From IMG/VR virus record IMGVR_UViG_2899815622_000003, positions 1,546 through 65,545 of that record: 64,000 nucleotides of DNA, one strand, 5' to 3'. The translations under genes and the position numbers were made by a program. This document shows positions 28,225 through 38,769 of the stretch, one piece after another; within the stretch, counting starts at the first letter, position 1; each line of letters starts with the position of its first letter. The notes below the pieces were generated by a model. The model was not told where the DNA came from and did no database searches. It saw only the letters and a program-made list of their open reading frames with translations. Origin of the DNA: a virus.

Positions 28225-28472
28225 CCGAGGAAATGTCTCTCGAAGACCTTATCGACCTCGCCATGTCCAACGGTGATTGGCACTCGATCCGCATCTTCAA
28301 CGGCAAAATGAGCGGCGGCGGCAACACGGTCAGCATGGGGCGCGACCACAGCAGCTTCGTTGTCGACCAGCTCGTTCCCGAAGCCTCGCCATCGCAAAAA
28401 CTGCGACACGTTTTGCTTCAGGTTCTGAAAGCCACGCCAGCGGCCGGCTCCTCCGACGATCTTCTGGTCTGA
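28221..28472 (+). CDS. Hypothetical protein
   Basis: Ends SDDLLV. Confidence 0.65.
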   Translation: MTEEMSLEDLIDLAMSNGDWHSIRIFNGKMSGGGNTVSMGRDHSSFVVDQLVPEASPSQKLRHVLLQVLKATPAAGSSDDLLV

Positions 28473-28482
28473 AAGTATTCCT

Positions 28483-29832
28483 ATGACGAGCATCACCCTG
28501 CATCCTGGCGACAACCGCGCCTCGTTACGACGCCTGATTGCAAGGGGCGTGCGCGTCCATTCTGTAGTGACAGATCCTCCCTATGGACTGGTGTCCATCC
28601 AGAAGCGTTTCGGGAAGGAAGGCGCGGCCCCTGCCCGCCGCGAGAAGAACGACGGCAGCTTTGCTCGGCTGTCAGGTGGCTTCATGGGGCGCAAGTGGGA
28701 CGGCACCGGCATCGAGCGCGACCCGGAATTCTGGAAGCTGATCTACGACATCCTCTTACCTGGCGGATACGTTTTTGCTTTCAGCGGCAGTCGCACCGGA
28801 CACTGGCAGGCTTGCGCGATGGAAATGGCTGGCTTCGTCATGCACCCGATGCACGGATGGTGCTTCGGCAGCGGATTTCCGAAGGCGAGCAACGCTGAAC
28901 GGGCGATAGACGCTCATAGATGTGTCCGGCCAGGTCGTCACTACGAGTCCGCGCTTCCAAGGGATCCGCGACCGGATGATCACGTTTGCGACTCATGTGA
29001 GGAAGGTGATTATTGGGAAGGATGGGGTTACGGCACACAGACACAGAAGCCTGCGCTCGAACCGATTTACCTTGGGCAGAAACCATTTAGCGAGAAGAAT
29101 GGCGCCGCCAACCTCCTGAAACATGGAGTTGGTGCGATGAACATCGATGGATGCCGCGTGAACGGTCGGAACGGTCGTCACCCGTCCAATTTAATCCTCG
29201 ATGGATCGCCTGACGTGGTTGCGTTGTTTCCTTATACAAAAAGTGGCTCACCGGGTGTTATGCGGAAAGGTGTGAATGACGGTGCTTGTTATGGTGCAGA
29301 GTCGCGAGCTGCCGGAACACAGATGACCGGTTTCGGTGACGAAGGTTCTGCTGCTCGTTTCTTTCACCAATTTCCACTTACCGACGAAGATTATGCGCAC
29401 GCGATAGCGGCAGGTGTGATCGGCGAAGACCGTGGCGCCCCCCTCATCTACCACGGCAAGGCGGGGAAGCTCGACCGCGCTGGCGGTGCTCATCCCACTG
29501 TAAAACCCATCGCCCTCATGCAGAACCTGATCCGCCACATTACGCCTCCGGGCGGCATCGTGCTCGATCCATTCGCTGGCTCCGGAACAACTGCGGAGGC
29601 TGCGCGCCGTGAAGGCTTTGACTGTATCCTCATGGAAGCGGAAACTGAGTACGTCGAATTTTTAGAACGCAGGTTTCCAGAAATTAACGAACACAACCAA
29701 AAAATGTTGCTTTCCGATGAACAACTTGGCGATTATTCGTTCACGGTATGTTCCATTTCTAAAAGAAAAGGATTAAATTCCTACCTGTCAGATTTGATCG
29801 GTGAAAACGTCGACCTGAGCGACCTAATGTGA
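28483..29832 (+). CDS. DNA amino-methyltransferase (N6-A/N4-C, beta class)
   Basis: VVTDPPYG, HPTVKP, VLDPFAGSGTT. Confidence 0.9.
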   Translation: MTSITLHPGDNRASLRRLIARGVRVHSVVTDPPYGLVSIQKRFGKEGAAPARREKNDGSFARLSGGFMGRKWDGTGIERDPEFWKLIYDILLPGGYVFAFSGSRTGHWQACAMEMAGFVMHPMHGWCFGSGFPKASNAERAIDAHRCVRPGRHYESALPRDPRPDDHVCDSCEEGDYWEGWGYGTQTQKPALEPIYLGQKPFSEKNGAANLLKHGVGAMNIDGCRVNGRNGRHPSNLILDGSPDVVALFPYTKSGSPGVMRKGVNDGACYGAESRAAGTQMTGFGDEGSAARFFHQFPLTDEDYAHAIAAGVIGEDRGAPLIYHGKAGKLDRAGGAHPTVKPIALMQNLIRHITPPGGIVLDPFAGSGTTAEAARREGFDCILMEAETEYVEFLERRFPEINEHNQKMLLSDEQLGDYSFTVCSISKRKGLNSYLSDLIGENVDLSDLM

Positions 29833-29842
29833 GAGTGAGAAA

Positions 29843-30109
29843 ATGAGTATTGTGAGTTTTGATCAGCTTCCCTTCGTCGTCACGGTAGCGGGACGTTTGC
29901 AACCATGGACACCCTTCCGGACGAATGATTACCAGGTGGATTGCAACACTGGGCGCTTATATTTCTCGCAGCTCCACTCGCTTATGACCGCCACAGACAA
30001 CCCCGTTCACTTATCGCGCGTTTTACAGGCGCAGGTCGAGGTTGGCCGTTGGGAGGGAATCGAGATCGGCTTCGCTCAGGCGATGAGTGAAGCCTTGCTG
30101 GCGAATTGA
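29843..30109 (+). CDS. Hypothetical protein
   Basis: 88-aa ORF, last of the rightward arm. Confidence 0.6.
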   Translation: MSIVSFDQLPFVVTVAGRLQPWTPFRTNDYQVDCNTGRLYFSQLHSLMTATDNPVHLSRVLQAQVEVGRWEGIEIGFAQAMSEALLAN

Positions 30110-30133
30110 ATCTGGCTCTTCCATCACCGAAAA

Positions 30134-31525
30134 TTAGGCCTGTGGTCGCACCAGTCCAAGACGTGGCACAGCACCGTCGATGATAACGCACCGTTGCAGC
30201 CAGTTGACATCGGCAGTGGGCGCGGCTGCGCCGCCAAATGCCGGCGCAAATCCATATGACGAATTGGCGTCATCGTTGATGGGATCGCATGGAATGGAGC
30301 CGTAAACGATTGGCATCCATCCGCCTGCGCCAGATAGTGCTCCCCACATGAGACCTCCGCCAGTGTAGGTTCTCAGACCACTGTTAGCCCTCGTCACGAA
30401 ACTGGTGACCGGGGTGCGCTGCAAGGGATTAGCCTTGGCGAGCATGATTGCTGTGACGTTTTTGCCGGCCATTGACGCACGCTCGGTGGCGTCGAAAGAG
30501 TTCTGCAACTTGGAAAAATGGCCGTTGGCATCGGCTGGCTTGCATCTCGCTGAATAGGCCGCACCCGTCCCGAGAAAGATGTTTTCGGGGTCTGTATCTT
30601 TGGTGACTGTGTGGCTGGCAACGTTGCTAAAATTCACAGGGGCCGCGCCGGTCCAGTTTAAAAGGTCTCCGTTTACGAACAGGTTTGTCGCAATCGGCAA
30701 TTCCATCCAGCTAACCGTCGAGAATAGAGCCCTCTTTGTTTTCTTGAACGTCGCCATGAGCGCATCCGCAACTTTTTGAGCCCCGTCCGAATTGGCTTGA
30801 GTGTCGGATGGATGAACAACGGGAGCCCCCTCCCCAGTCCGATAGAGATTTGCTGTTTTTCCCGCATCGACGAAGAGCTTGTGGCTGTCGACGACGGTTA
30901 AGGTTGGGAAAACGGAGGCTACGCCCCGTATCGCATCATAAACCTTGTCGTATCCGGCTGTGTCTCTCCACGGATTTTGCGTCGTCATTACCTGGGCGAC
31001 GCCTTGCCACTGCCAACTGATCAGACCGATAATCGACCAGATGAGACCGCGCCCAATAGCGAGGTCTCCACCTGGCGTTTCAAACGTCGACATATTGTGC
31101 CCGTGGTGAGTGATGGCAACGTCGGGTTTCGGAATCGCGTCGATCGCAGCCGGCTTGCGAGAGGTCTCAAACATACATCCTGCGACCTGCCCCGGCAGCG
31201 CAGCCAAATAGACCGACATTGTTCCGCGCGTACCCGTCCGCAGCGTGACAGGCGCGGAATACTGCTTCGGCCCTGTTGGCGCGCTGGTGACCCACTCCGC
31301 CCAACGATACATGACAACCGTGTAATCGTAGAGATTGCCGAGGGCGACGGCGAACTTGTAATAGGGTCCGTATTCGGAATAGGCAGTGCTGTCCCCATTC
31401 ACAAACATGACAGCGTTCTGGCCGCCCTCTAACTTTTGAAGTAATGGGCCGAACGCTGTATCGATCCGAGGCGAAATGATGGGCGAGGCTGCGGCCCCGA
31501 CGGGCGAAAGCGAGATTCCTAACAT
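30134..31525 (-). CDS. SGNH-hydrolase-like virion protein, candidate head-spike fibre
   Basis: N-terminal MLGISLS; VNGDST, HGHN, VHPS SGNH-like blocks; beta-rich C-terminus. Confidence 0.55.
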   Translation of the reverse strand: MLGISLSPVGAAASPIISPRIDTAFGPLLQKLEGGQNAVMFVNGDSTAYSEYGPYYKFAVALGNLYDYTVVMYRWAEWVTSAPTGPKQYSAPVTLRTGTRGTMSVYLAALPGQVAGCMFETSRKPAAIDAIPKPDVAITHHGHNMSTFETPGGDLAIGRGLIWSIIGLISWQWQGVAQVMTTQNPWRDTAGYDKVYDAIRGVASVFPTLTVVDSHKLFVDAGKTANLYRTGEGAPVVHPSDTQANSDGAQKVADALMATFKKTKRALFSTVSWMELPIATNLFVNGDLLNWTGAAPVNFSNVASHTVTKDTDPENIFLGTGAAYSARCKPADANGHFSKLQNSFDATERASMAGKNVTAIMLAKANPLQRTPVTSFVTRANSGLRTYTGGGLMWGALSGAGGWMPIVYGSIPCDPINDDANSSYGFAPAFGGAAAPTADVNWLQRCVIIDGAVPRLGLVRPQA

Positions 31526-31537
31526 CGACTGACCTTT

Positions 31538-31867
31538 CTAAGTGCGCCTAGCCAGCTCCCGCTGGATCCGGAGTTCTTCTCTTATGCGATCCATTTCAAT
31601 AGCCATGTGCGACCAGTGGCGGCCTGAATCCTTCATCGTCTCGATCATCTCCAACACAGCGGCGGTATGGGCCTCGAGAGCTTTCGTCGCGTTGTTGAGT
31701 GCGGTGGGATCGACGATGACAGCAGCCACCTGGGCCGACGACTGGCTCTTCTGCGGTGAAGCGTTGGTGCCGGCCGAAATTCCGAAGTGACGAACCGCGA
31801 AAATGACCGCCAGCGTCGCTCCAAAAACCACGAGCGCGAGCGGGGGAAGTTCAGTCAGTTTTTCCAT
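31538..31867 (-). CDS. Single-TM coiled-coil lysis-cassette protein (holin/antiholin-like)
   Basis: N-terminal TM helix; position in lysis cassette. Confidence 0.55.
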   Translation of the reverse strand: MEKLTELPPLALVVFGATLAVIFAVRHFGISAGTNASPQKSQSSAQVAAVIVDPTALNNATKALEAHTAAVLEMIETMKDSGRHWSHMAIEMDRIREELRIQRELARRT

Positions 31868-32303
31868 TGCGAACCTCTCCCTGATCATGCGCAGCACGAT
31901 GGATGTTGACCAGCTCACTCACAGCAAAGAGCGGATAGATGGAAATCCACGTACTGATGACCCCGGAAGATGCAAAAGCGTAAGCTATGCCTGACCAGAT
32001 CACGCACCCGGCTGCTGCCGAAAACTGCCGTATCTGTGGTGTGACGTTTTTCTTGGCGCCGTTGATCACGAGGCCGATGACGCGGAGACATCCGACGACA
32101 AACATGATCCAGCCGAGGAAGTCTTCTGACGGTACAATTTCGTTAAAACCTTGGAAGGCCGGCTGATTGAAGGTTTGGGAGGGAAGAAGCAGCACCCATC
32201 CGAATGCGATAAGGTGGCCCGCCATGAACCATTCCATCATGCGCGGCCCGAAGCGATGCTGTATCCTCACCCACATTCCGGTGCCTTGATACCCTGGTTC
32301 CAT
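31851..32303 (-). CDS. Multi-TM membrane protein, putative holin
   Basis: About four hydrophobic helices; downstream of endolysin and spanins. Confidence 0.6.
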   Translation of the reverse strand: MEPGYQGTGMWVRIQHRFGPRMMEWFMAGHLIAFGWVLLLPSQTFNQPAFQGFNEIVPSEDFLGWIMFVVGCLRVIGLVINGAKKNVTPQIRQFSAAAGCVIWSGIAYAFASSGVISTWISIYPLFAVSELVNIHRAAHDQGEVRNGKTD

Positions 32304-32319
32304 TCCGGCTCCCCTGCCC

Positions 32320-32538
32320 TTACTTTCGGCAGGCAGCGTCTTGGCTGCACTGGCGGTTGTTGGAATAGATCGCGGGACCGGCTGTCGGATCCTGTGAGGC
32401 GAGCCGTGCGGCTTCAGCATCGGAGAAGCTGATATGTTGATACCCGCTACCGTTCATCGCAGGTGCTGTCTGGCAGCCCACTATCGCGCACGATAGCAAG
32501 GCAACGCTCGCGAGACGGAAGCTTGCGGAACGAAGCAT
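32320..32538 (-). CDS. o-spanin-like lipoprotein
   Basis: Lipobox AIVGC; overlaps the i-spanin 3' end. Confidence 0.65.
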   Translation of the reverse strand: MLRSASFRLASVALLSCAIVGCQTAPAMNGSGYQHISFSDAEAARLASQDPTAGPAIYSNNRQCSQDAACRK

Positions 32539-32710
32539 CGTTTTTCTCCATTTTGGTGATACGACCGAGGGCTTCTTTCGCAGCCTCGACCTTTGCCGAC
32601 TCCCGCTCCCGGAACGTGCCATAGCTGCACGCAGGAACGGCCATCAGGGCTGCGCCAGCGACGGCGCCGATACCGATCTTGAAGTAGTCGGTGAGACCGA
32701 ACATTAGCAT
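32447..32710 (-). CDS. i-spanin-like protein
   Basis: N-terminal TM followed by helical periplasmic part; overlapped by lipoprotein gene. Confidence 0.6.
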   Translation of the reverse strand: MLMFGLTDYFKIGIGAVAGAALMAVPACSYGTFRERESAKVEAAKEALGRITKMEKNDASFRKLPSRERCLAIVRDSGLPDSTCDER

Positions 32711-32997
32711 GATCTCCAAACGCCGTCGGTGAGGAACCCATGCCAGTGACCGACATGATGGACACTCGGGAGAAGGGTCGGCTTCTCTCGGTCGCCGTTC
32801 CATTCCCAGGAAGGCGACGGGTGTGGACGGAAATTCAGCGCACCGGTTCGACCGCAACCACACGGACACGAGTAAACCATCCCGGCGATCTTCTCGTCGC
32901 GATCGACGAAGAACTCGAAGGCGCCTGCTTTGGCTTTAACGTCTTCGATATCCTCGCAATAGGTGGCCTCGACAGGTTCCGTTCTCACTTCAGCCAT
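32704..32997 (-). CDS. DUF6527-like Cys/His protein
   Basis: CPCGCG...WEWNG..EKPTL.PSV..HWHGFL..G.W. Confidence 0.65.
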   Translation of the reverse strand: MAEVRTEPVEATYCEDIEDVKAKAGAFEFFVDRDEKIAGMVYSCPCGCGRTGALNFRPHPSPSWEWNGDREKPTLLPSVHHVGHWHGFLTDGVWRSC

Positions 32998-33992
32998 CAG
33001 GCCATCTCCCTCACCTGCTCGGAAACGGCTTTCGCATCGGCCTTCTTCCGCCAAAGCAGAAAAGCGCCAGCGAGACCGAGTGCGACCAGGATGATGGCAA
33101 GGTTCTGCCAAGGGATGCTACCAACGGCAGCAAGCGACGAGGTGACCGTGCCACCAGTGAAGGCCGGAACAAGAACTTCCTTCGACTTCCACCAGGGTGC
33201 ATCGAGACTGGGAGGTGTAACCGCGACCGGCTTTTCCTCGGTGACCGGTGCGGCCTTCACCTGCAATGTCTGTGTCTGTGGTGAAAGGTCGACGAGCATG
33301 AGATGAATTGCAGAACGTGTCTGTGGTCCATCAAGTCCGTCGAGCCTGCCCTTGTAGTAACCTGCTTTCTGCCCGGCATTTTGGAGACCGATGATATCAG
33401 TGACCTTGAAACCGAGCACTGCGAGTCCTAGTCGCGTGTAATAGTCCAAGCGATCCGCGTAGCCGTTCAGCCCACCGTTGATACGGCGGGTGATCATTTC
33501 CATGTCGTTGCGATCGGCGTATCGGTTGAGGCTTTTCTTGTCAGGATTGCCTTCGTCCCAGTACCAGATTGCAGAGAGGCCTTCCCACGGGTCCGTGTTG
33601 ATCAGATCGGGATTTCGGACGAAGTCGGGAGGATTGAGACCTTTCCGTTTGCACCACTCGTAGAAGGCGCGAATGTTATAACCGCCAGTCACCTGGATCG
33701 GCCCGCGACCACGGTTCTTATACCCGTCCCCGTCTTTTGCAGGAGTGTTGCCGAGATCAGTGCGCGTGTCGTAGCGCTCTTGAGCGGGCGTCGGTCCCCA
33801 AATCTCCCGATCATAACGGAACGACCCGCTCTCATGCATCAGCTCTGCAAGATACGGAACAGCGCGATGCGGGAGATTGAGGCCGACGCCTGCGCCATAT
33901 TTCGAAAGCGCCATCATGACAGAATTCAGGTTGCTTTCGTCAACGCGCCCCTTTGCTGCGGCACGGACCTGAACTGCGGACACTGCTGTCAT
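32997..33992 (-). CDS. Endolysin, glycoside hydrolase 19 family, with PG-binding-like segment and C-terminal TM helices
   Basis: LAELMHESG, GDGYKNRGRGPIQVTG..N, ITRRINGGLNG; DGLDGPQT. Confidence 0.9.
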   Translation of the reverse strand: MTAVSAVQVRAAAKGRVDESNLNSVMMALSKYGAGVGLNLPHRAVPYLAELMHESGSFRYDREIWGPTPAQERYDTRTDLGNTPAKDGDGYKNRGRGPIQVTGGYNIRAFYEWCKRKGLNPPDFVRNPDLINTDPWEGLSAIWYWDEGNPDKKSLNRYADRNDMEMITRRINGGLNGYADRLDYYTRLGLAVLGFKVTDIIGLQNAGQKAGYYKGRLDGLDGPQTRSAIHLMLVDLSPQTQTLQVKAAPVTEEKPVAVTPPSLDAPWWKSKEVLVPAFTGGTVTSSLAAVGSIPWQNLAIILVALGLAGAFLLWRKKADAKAVSEQVREMA

Positions 33993-34059
33993 GATATATT
34001 CCTCGGGAACGAATGTGGACCCGATGAGAATTACACAACATTATTCAAAATTACAACTT

Positions 34060-34257
34060 TTATGAGGAATTCTGGGGATGATCAAGTGGCTGGTCGTCGC
34101 CGGCTTCGAGTTCCTGAAGACGCTTCAGCAGTTCATCGCGTTGCGATGTCACGATCATCAGGTCTTCGGCCAGTTTGTCGACGCTGTTGGCATGCGCCTT
34201 GTTCTGCGCTTGAAGGAACGCGAGCTGATTTTCGAGCGAGTTGGCGTAGGATGACAT
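34060..34257 (-). CDS. Small coiled-coil protein
   Basis: GAGG RBS; heptad pattern. Confidence 0.55.
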   Translation of the reverse strand: MSSYANSLENQLAFLQAQNKAHANSVDKLAEDLMIVTSQRDELLKRLQELEAGDDQPLDHPQNSS

Positions 34258-34273
34258 TTGGACAGCCTCTTGT

Positions 34274-34609
34274 TTAAGGTTGCGATGGCGCAAGGATTTG
34301 TGCCGCACGTTCTTCTCCGAAAAGCGCTGTGGCGATCTGTATCAAGAGCGGCCAAAGTTCATGGTCGCTGCGGTATGAGTTGGCGGACTCAAAAATTCTT
34401 CGAATCCTCACCGGTTGTTCGGCCATCTGCGCAAGAACCTCTTCCGCCTCTGGGTTGGTCATTCGCGTCCACAGATCAACCTGATAAACGACAACAACTG
34501 GTTCAGGAATTGGGTCCGGGGTCGGAGGTGGTTCTCCCATCTCTTCATCGGTCAGTGTGACTTCGATAAATTCTCCGGACTCAGCGTCAAAAACGATGCC
34601 GTTATTCAT
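34274..34609 (-). CDS. Tail fibre-associated/assembly protein
   Basis: Follows tail fibre; ends LFGEERAAQILA. Confidence 0.6.
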   Translation of the reverse strand: MNNGIVFDAESGEFIEVTLTDEEMGEPPPTPDPIPEPVVVVYQVDLWTRMTNPEAEEVLAQMAEQPVRIRRIFESANSYRSDHELWPLLIQIATALFGEERAAQILAPSQP

Positions 34610-36405
34610 CCCCTTATTCCTTCTAAGAAAAGTGTGCCAAACTGGAAGCTCGGACCTCCGGTTATGTAACGAAGAGCGTTCTGCGCTGTAGCCCGAGAAT
34701 GAGCGTTTGCCATCGTCCTGACGTATCGTGCGCTTGTGGTGCTAAGCCGCGCCATGTGAACGGAAGCCGCATTTCTAGCCTTGTTAAAATTATGAATTGT
34801 CCCGTCCGATACGAAAGGCCAACCAGTGTCCCCACCGTGGTCTCCGAATGGCAACCATGTTGAACTTACTTCGCCTACATCTCCAACGGCGGAACCTGGA
34901 TTAAGGTCAAATCTACCGTCGAGATATGTAGCTCTAAATTCGGTCGCTGAGGCGTTGAACGTTGCGCCATTGTCCTCAGAAAATCTTAGCCCAGTCGAAC
35001 CAGCCGCATTTAGGACTCCGAACACTGATATTTTTAACGATAGAAAAGCTCCAAGACCTATCACGTCCACAAACGTTTTCCCGGCAAGGTCGAACGCGCC
35101 GATGAATTCCCAACCGCCAAGAATCTGCCTACCTTGAGCCGCCGTAAGCCTTTCTACGGCACCCGTACCGGCCGACACTCGACCAAGCAGCGCAGGGCTT
35201 CCGATTGTTGCTGGACCCAAGTTTCCGGAGGAATCAGAAAATTGCGCCAGATCGCCTGCAACAGTTGTTCCGGGCACGGAATTTTCTATCCGAGCCCAAG
35301 CACTGAACGTAAAAGGGTCTGTTCCTGAACTTCTGGTCCCGACGCGTCTGTAGGTAAACCCAAGGGTGGCAGTGATATAGCTTCTGTATATCTGCGTAAT
35401 GCCCGTTTGATATCGCGTGTAAACTTCTAGAGTTCCCGCGTGTGTAGCCGGGTTTCCATGTGGTCCATTGGCGTATGAGCCTGTCGTCGTGTATAGGCCG
35501 CCGACCGTTATTGTGTCGAAATCGCCATCCGAAAGACCGACGCCAGCAGCAGATGGAACGGGAGGATTTCCACCGAACACTGGTCCAAGGGCGGAAAGTG
35601 CCTCCGTGACCATTAACTGGCTGATGGCTTGACCACTTGTACCTGCGAATCCCGCGATTGATCGACTTGTTACAGCGGCTCCAGGACCAGAAACGTCACC
35701 GTAGGTGCGGCGATACCACGCGCTCCAAACGTCATTTACTAGCTGGCGCTCAAAAAAAATGTTGTTTGCTGGATTTGAAATACCAAGCGCGGTTAGACGC
35801 TGCACACAATAGGTAGACGACTGAGCAATAACCTCCCCGACGAATGAGTACGGCTGCACAGGAGTGTTAACCGTAGTCGATCCACCAAAATAGAAGCCGC
35901 TTGCCTTGGCGTCATTCCAGTCAGAAGTGAATGTTGGGAATTCCCTTAGGCGTGCAGGAAGTGCGGTGTCCGCAACCACCCCCGCACTATCAGCCGCAGC
36001 CAGACGCGACCAAGAACCCCACGATCCGGAAACCCTAATCCTGTACCAAACATCGGGATTAGCCACGGAAGTTCTTGTGTAAGTCTGAACGCCTGTGCCT
36101 GATGTGCTGTACATTTTGGCGTCAAGAACTCCAGCGGCAGCAACTGGAATGCCAGTCGTTGACGCTGATACAGAATAAACGCCCGTTTCAAGAACGGCGT
36201 TAGCATCGGTGACCGGAGTCGACAACGCCCTCAATCGCGTCGGTAACTGCGAGTTGAAAATCTCACCGAAGTTTATCTTGACGAAATCAGCAATCTGCTG
36301 CGCCGTCACCTTGCGGCTGTTCCCGTCCTGGACACCGTGGAAGAGCGCGGCAGCGAGCAACGCGCTGATTGCCGGCAAGGCTCCTAGTTCTTTGTCAGCC
36401 ATCAA
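34606..36405 (-). CDS. Tail fibre / receptor-binding protein with three pyocin-knob-like repeats
   Basis: DAN..LETGVY, DWN..KASGFY, DFD..TVGGLY repeats each ending W/F-S-x-W. Confidence 0.75.
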   Translation of the reverse strand: MMADKELGALPAISALLAAALFHGVQDGNSRKVTAQQIADFVKINFGEIFNSQLPTRLRALSTPVTDANAVLETGVYSVSASTTGIPVAAAGVLDAKMYSTSGTGVQTYTRTSVANPDVWYRIRVSGSWGSWSRLAAADSAGVVADTALPARLREFPTFTSDWNDAKASGFYFGGSTTVNTPVQPYSFVGEVIAQSSTYCVQRLTALGISNPANNIFFERQLVNDVWSAWYRRTYGDVSGPGAAVTSRSIAGFAGTSGQAISQLMVTEALSALGPVFGGNPPVPSAAGVGLSDGDFDTITVGGLYTTTGSYANGPHGNPATHAGTLEVYTRYQTGITQIYRSYITATLGFTYRRVGTRSSGTDPFTFSAWARIENSVPGTTVAGDLAQFSDSSGNLGPATIGSPALLGRVSAGTGAVERLTAAQGRQILGGWEFIGAFDLAGKTFVDVIGLGAFLSLKISVFGVLNAAGSTGLRFSEDNGATFNASATEFRATYLDGRFDLNPGSAVGDVGEVSSTWLPFGDHGGDTGWPFVSDGTIHNFNKARNAASVHMARLSTTSARYVRTMANAHSRATAQNALRYITGGPSFQFGTLFLEGIRG

Positions 36406-38768
36406 TTATCTCCTGAAAGTAGAATGCGTCCGCTCTGGTCGCCCGACAGGCGGAGATAGCCGCTCTGGTCGCCCGACATCCTGATTGCGTCGCGTGGTGT
36501 GATTTGAACTGCCAACGTGTGAGCCTGCAGCGAGCGATAGCCGTCACGCTCGGCAGCTACGCTGATCGTCGAGTCGACGTTGGTCCCAAGGTCGGCCAAC
36601 GGAATCGTAAATGAGTTGCCTGTGAGCCCTGCGTAGCTCGTGATCAAAACACCTGCTGGCGTTCGCACGTCGATGCGCGTCGTCTGGCCCGCTTCGCCAC
36701 CAACGTCAGCTTCATTCCATTTGAGAGCCTGCGTGGATTCGAGGATGCGATTTCTGTTCGCCCACGTCACCTGAAGCTGTGACGCCGACGTGGCGTTCAC
36801 GGCGCCAAAACTTACCCCGTTGATCTTTACGTTCGCTGGACGGTTCGGACGATACGGACGCGGGGAGATTGAGATGTTCAGTTGCGGTGCGTTCTCGAGC
36901 GGAAGCGCTCCCGCCGTGGTCCTGGTGAGCAGCCAATATGACGTGCTCTCGAACACCGAACGCACCGTTGGATCAACGACGATTGCGTCGGCAGGGATGA
37001 TGAAGCAGCGCGTACCCACGGGCCACGCCTTCGGAACAGTGTCGAGCATGCCACGGTTCAACAGATAACCGAGCGCGTCAGCATTCTGCACCGTGCAGAT
37101 TTCCGTGTATTCGTCGTTGCCTGTGCCGATGAGGATGAAATCGCCCGCGGATGGCACACCGCCACGTAGCCCCGGCAACGTGGTCAACTGGCTTTGTGAC
37201 TCGGCGACGAGCGGCGTCGTGACCGCAAACGTGCCGAAGAACGGTCGGGTGCCGATCGATGCCCGTTTCGTCGTGCCGTTCACGTCGGTGACATAGGTCA
37301 CGAGATCGTAATTCACGTCGTCATCACTGTCGGCACCGACAGTGACAGCCGCCAGTGCTTCCGGATATTCAAGTTCCGAGGGATCGTTGAGCTTCAGGGC
37401 TGCTGCGGCCATAAAGGCCGGAGCCGTGCCAATCTGGTAAAAAGATGCCGGTGTAGGCGGCTGAGATGGATTGACCCATGAAGTGTCATCTGACTCGAGA
37501 TAGCTGGCGAGATCCAGACCGAAGATGTCCTCATACAGATCAAGCGTGACAACGTTGGCGTCTTTCTGAACCTCGGAGACGCGGAAGACGATACGCTCAA
37601 TGTCGTATTCGGGCCACGACAACACGACGACATCACTGCTCACCGAGTCCCAAAACTGGCGCGTGACCTGTGCTTGGCAGGTGGCGATCGGGTTGACAGA
37701 CGCGGCAAGGTCGCGTTCGGCTACATACTGCGCCGCAGCTTTCGAAGTGAAACCGTAGTAGTTTCTGGACGAGGTGACGATCCCGCCTTCGGCCGCGATG
37801 GCCGCAAGATCCTGAACCGCGATCGTCTCTGTTTTACCGGTCTCGGCATTCGTCATCGTGACGACGATTTCGTTTGCCAGTTCACCCCATGCCTTGCGAG
37901 CGAAATTCGAGAGATCGGCGTTACTCGGATCGACGACAGGTAGAAGGTCGACATCATAGTCACCACGTAGTGGCTTGATGGTGTGCTTACCCGTCGACGG
38001 CTTGACGAAAACAGCAGCCTGCACGTGATTACAGACTTCGCCGATGAACTTTTGAATCTCGCTCTGACGCGTCCAGACGAGGCTCATTCCGAGCTTTTCG
38101 CCGTGGAAGAGTTGGGCGGCAGCTTCAAACGAAGCCTTGTCGATCACCCCTTCCGACTCCCCCATCCCCCAGTCCTGGTTCGTCAGGCACTCGTAAATGA
38201 TGTGCGCAGGATTGGCTGCATATTGAGCGTTTCCGAGAGAATCGTTGTCGACCTGAATTAGTGCTATCGCCGGATTGAGACCCACAGGAGCGCGCCGCAC
38301 CCGGAACGAAAATGCTCGCAGATATGGATTGTTGGCGGCGAGATAGAAGCCGCGTTTGAAAGCCGACGGCTGGTTGTTAAGCGCGCTCACAAGCCCCTGA
38401 TAGGCACCTTCCCAAACGTCGGCGACGCCGGTCAAAAAGACGCTGGCGAAACCTCTGAAACCGGGGCAAGTCTCGCTGGTCAAGCCAAGTCGCGCTGCAA
38501 GCGATTGCGGCATCACCTGTGTTGCTTTGCCTGGTAGCCACCAGAGAAGGCCCTTGACGCCGCCCTCCTTCTTCACGTCGCCGAACAGGTCGGGACGGTT
38601 CACAGCGACCGTGTCTTGATCCACCAGTCCGCCGCGCCAGATTTCTTTTCCATTGTATTTCGCTGCGACGAGGGTGATCCCATCACCGTATGCGCAAATG
38701 CCCATATGAAGACCCATCGTGTATTCGTGGATCTCAACTTTACCTTCGCCTTTACCGCTTGAGCCCAT
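36402..38768 (-). CDS. Central tail tip / host-specificity protein (gpJ-like)
   Basis: NNPYL, ANPAHIIYECLTNQDWGMG, RGMLDTVP. Confidence 0.85.
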   Translation of the reverse strand: MGSSGKGEGKVEIHEYTMGLHMGICAYGDGITLVAAKYNGKEIWRGGLVDQDTVAVNRPDLFGDVKKEGGVKGLLWWLPGKATQVMPQSLAARLGLTSETCPGFRGFASVFLTGVADVWEGAYQGLVSALNNQPSAFKRGFYLAANNPYLRAFSFRVRRAPVGLNPAIALIQVDNDSLGNAQYAANPAHIIYECLTNQDWGMGESEGVIDKASFEAAAQLFHGEKLGMSLVWTRQSEIQKFIGEVCNHVQAAVFVKPSTGKHTIKPLRGDYDVDLLPVVDPSNADLSNFARKAWGELANEIVVTMTNAETGKTETIAVQDLAAIAAEGGIVTSSRNYYGFTSKAAAQYVAERDLAASVNPIATCQAQVTRQFWDSVSSDVVVLSWPEYDIERIVFRVSEVQKDANVVTLDLYEDIFGLDLASYLESDDTSWVNPSQPPTPASFYQIGTAPAFMAAAALKLNDPSELEYPEALAAVTVGADSDDDVNYDLVTYVTDVNGTTKRASIGTRPFFGTFAVTTPLVAESQSQLTTLPGLRGGVPSAGDFILIGTGNDEYTEICTVQNADALGYLLNRGMLDTVPKAWPVGTRCFIIPADAIVVDPTVRSVFESTSYWLLTRTTAGALPLENAPQLNISISPRPYRPNRPANVKINGVSFGAVNATSASQLQVTWANRNRILESTQALKWNEADVGGEAGQTTRIDVRTPAGVLITSYAGLTGNSFTIPLADLGTNVDSTISVAAERDGYRSLQAHTLAVQITPRDAIRMSGDQSGYLRLSGDQSGRILLSGDN

Positions 38769-38769
38769 G

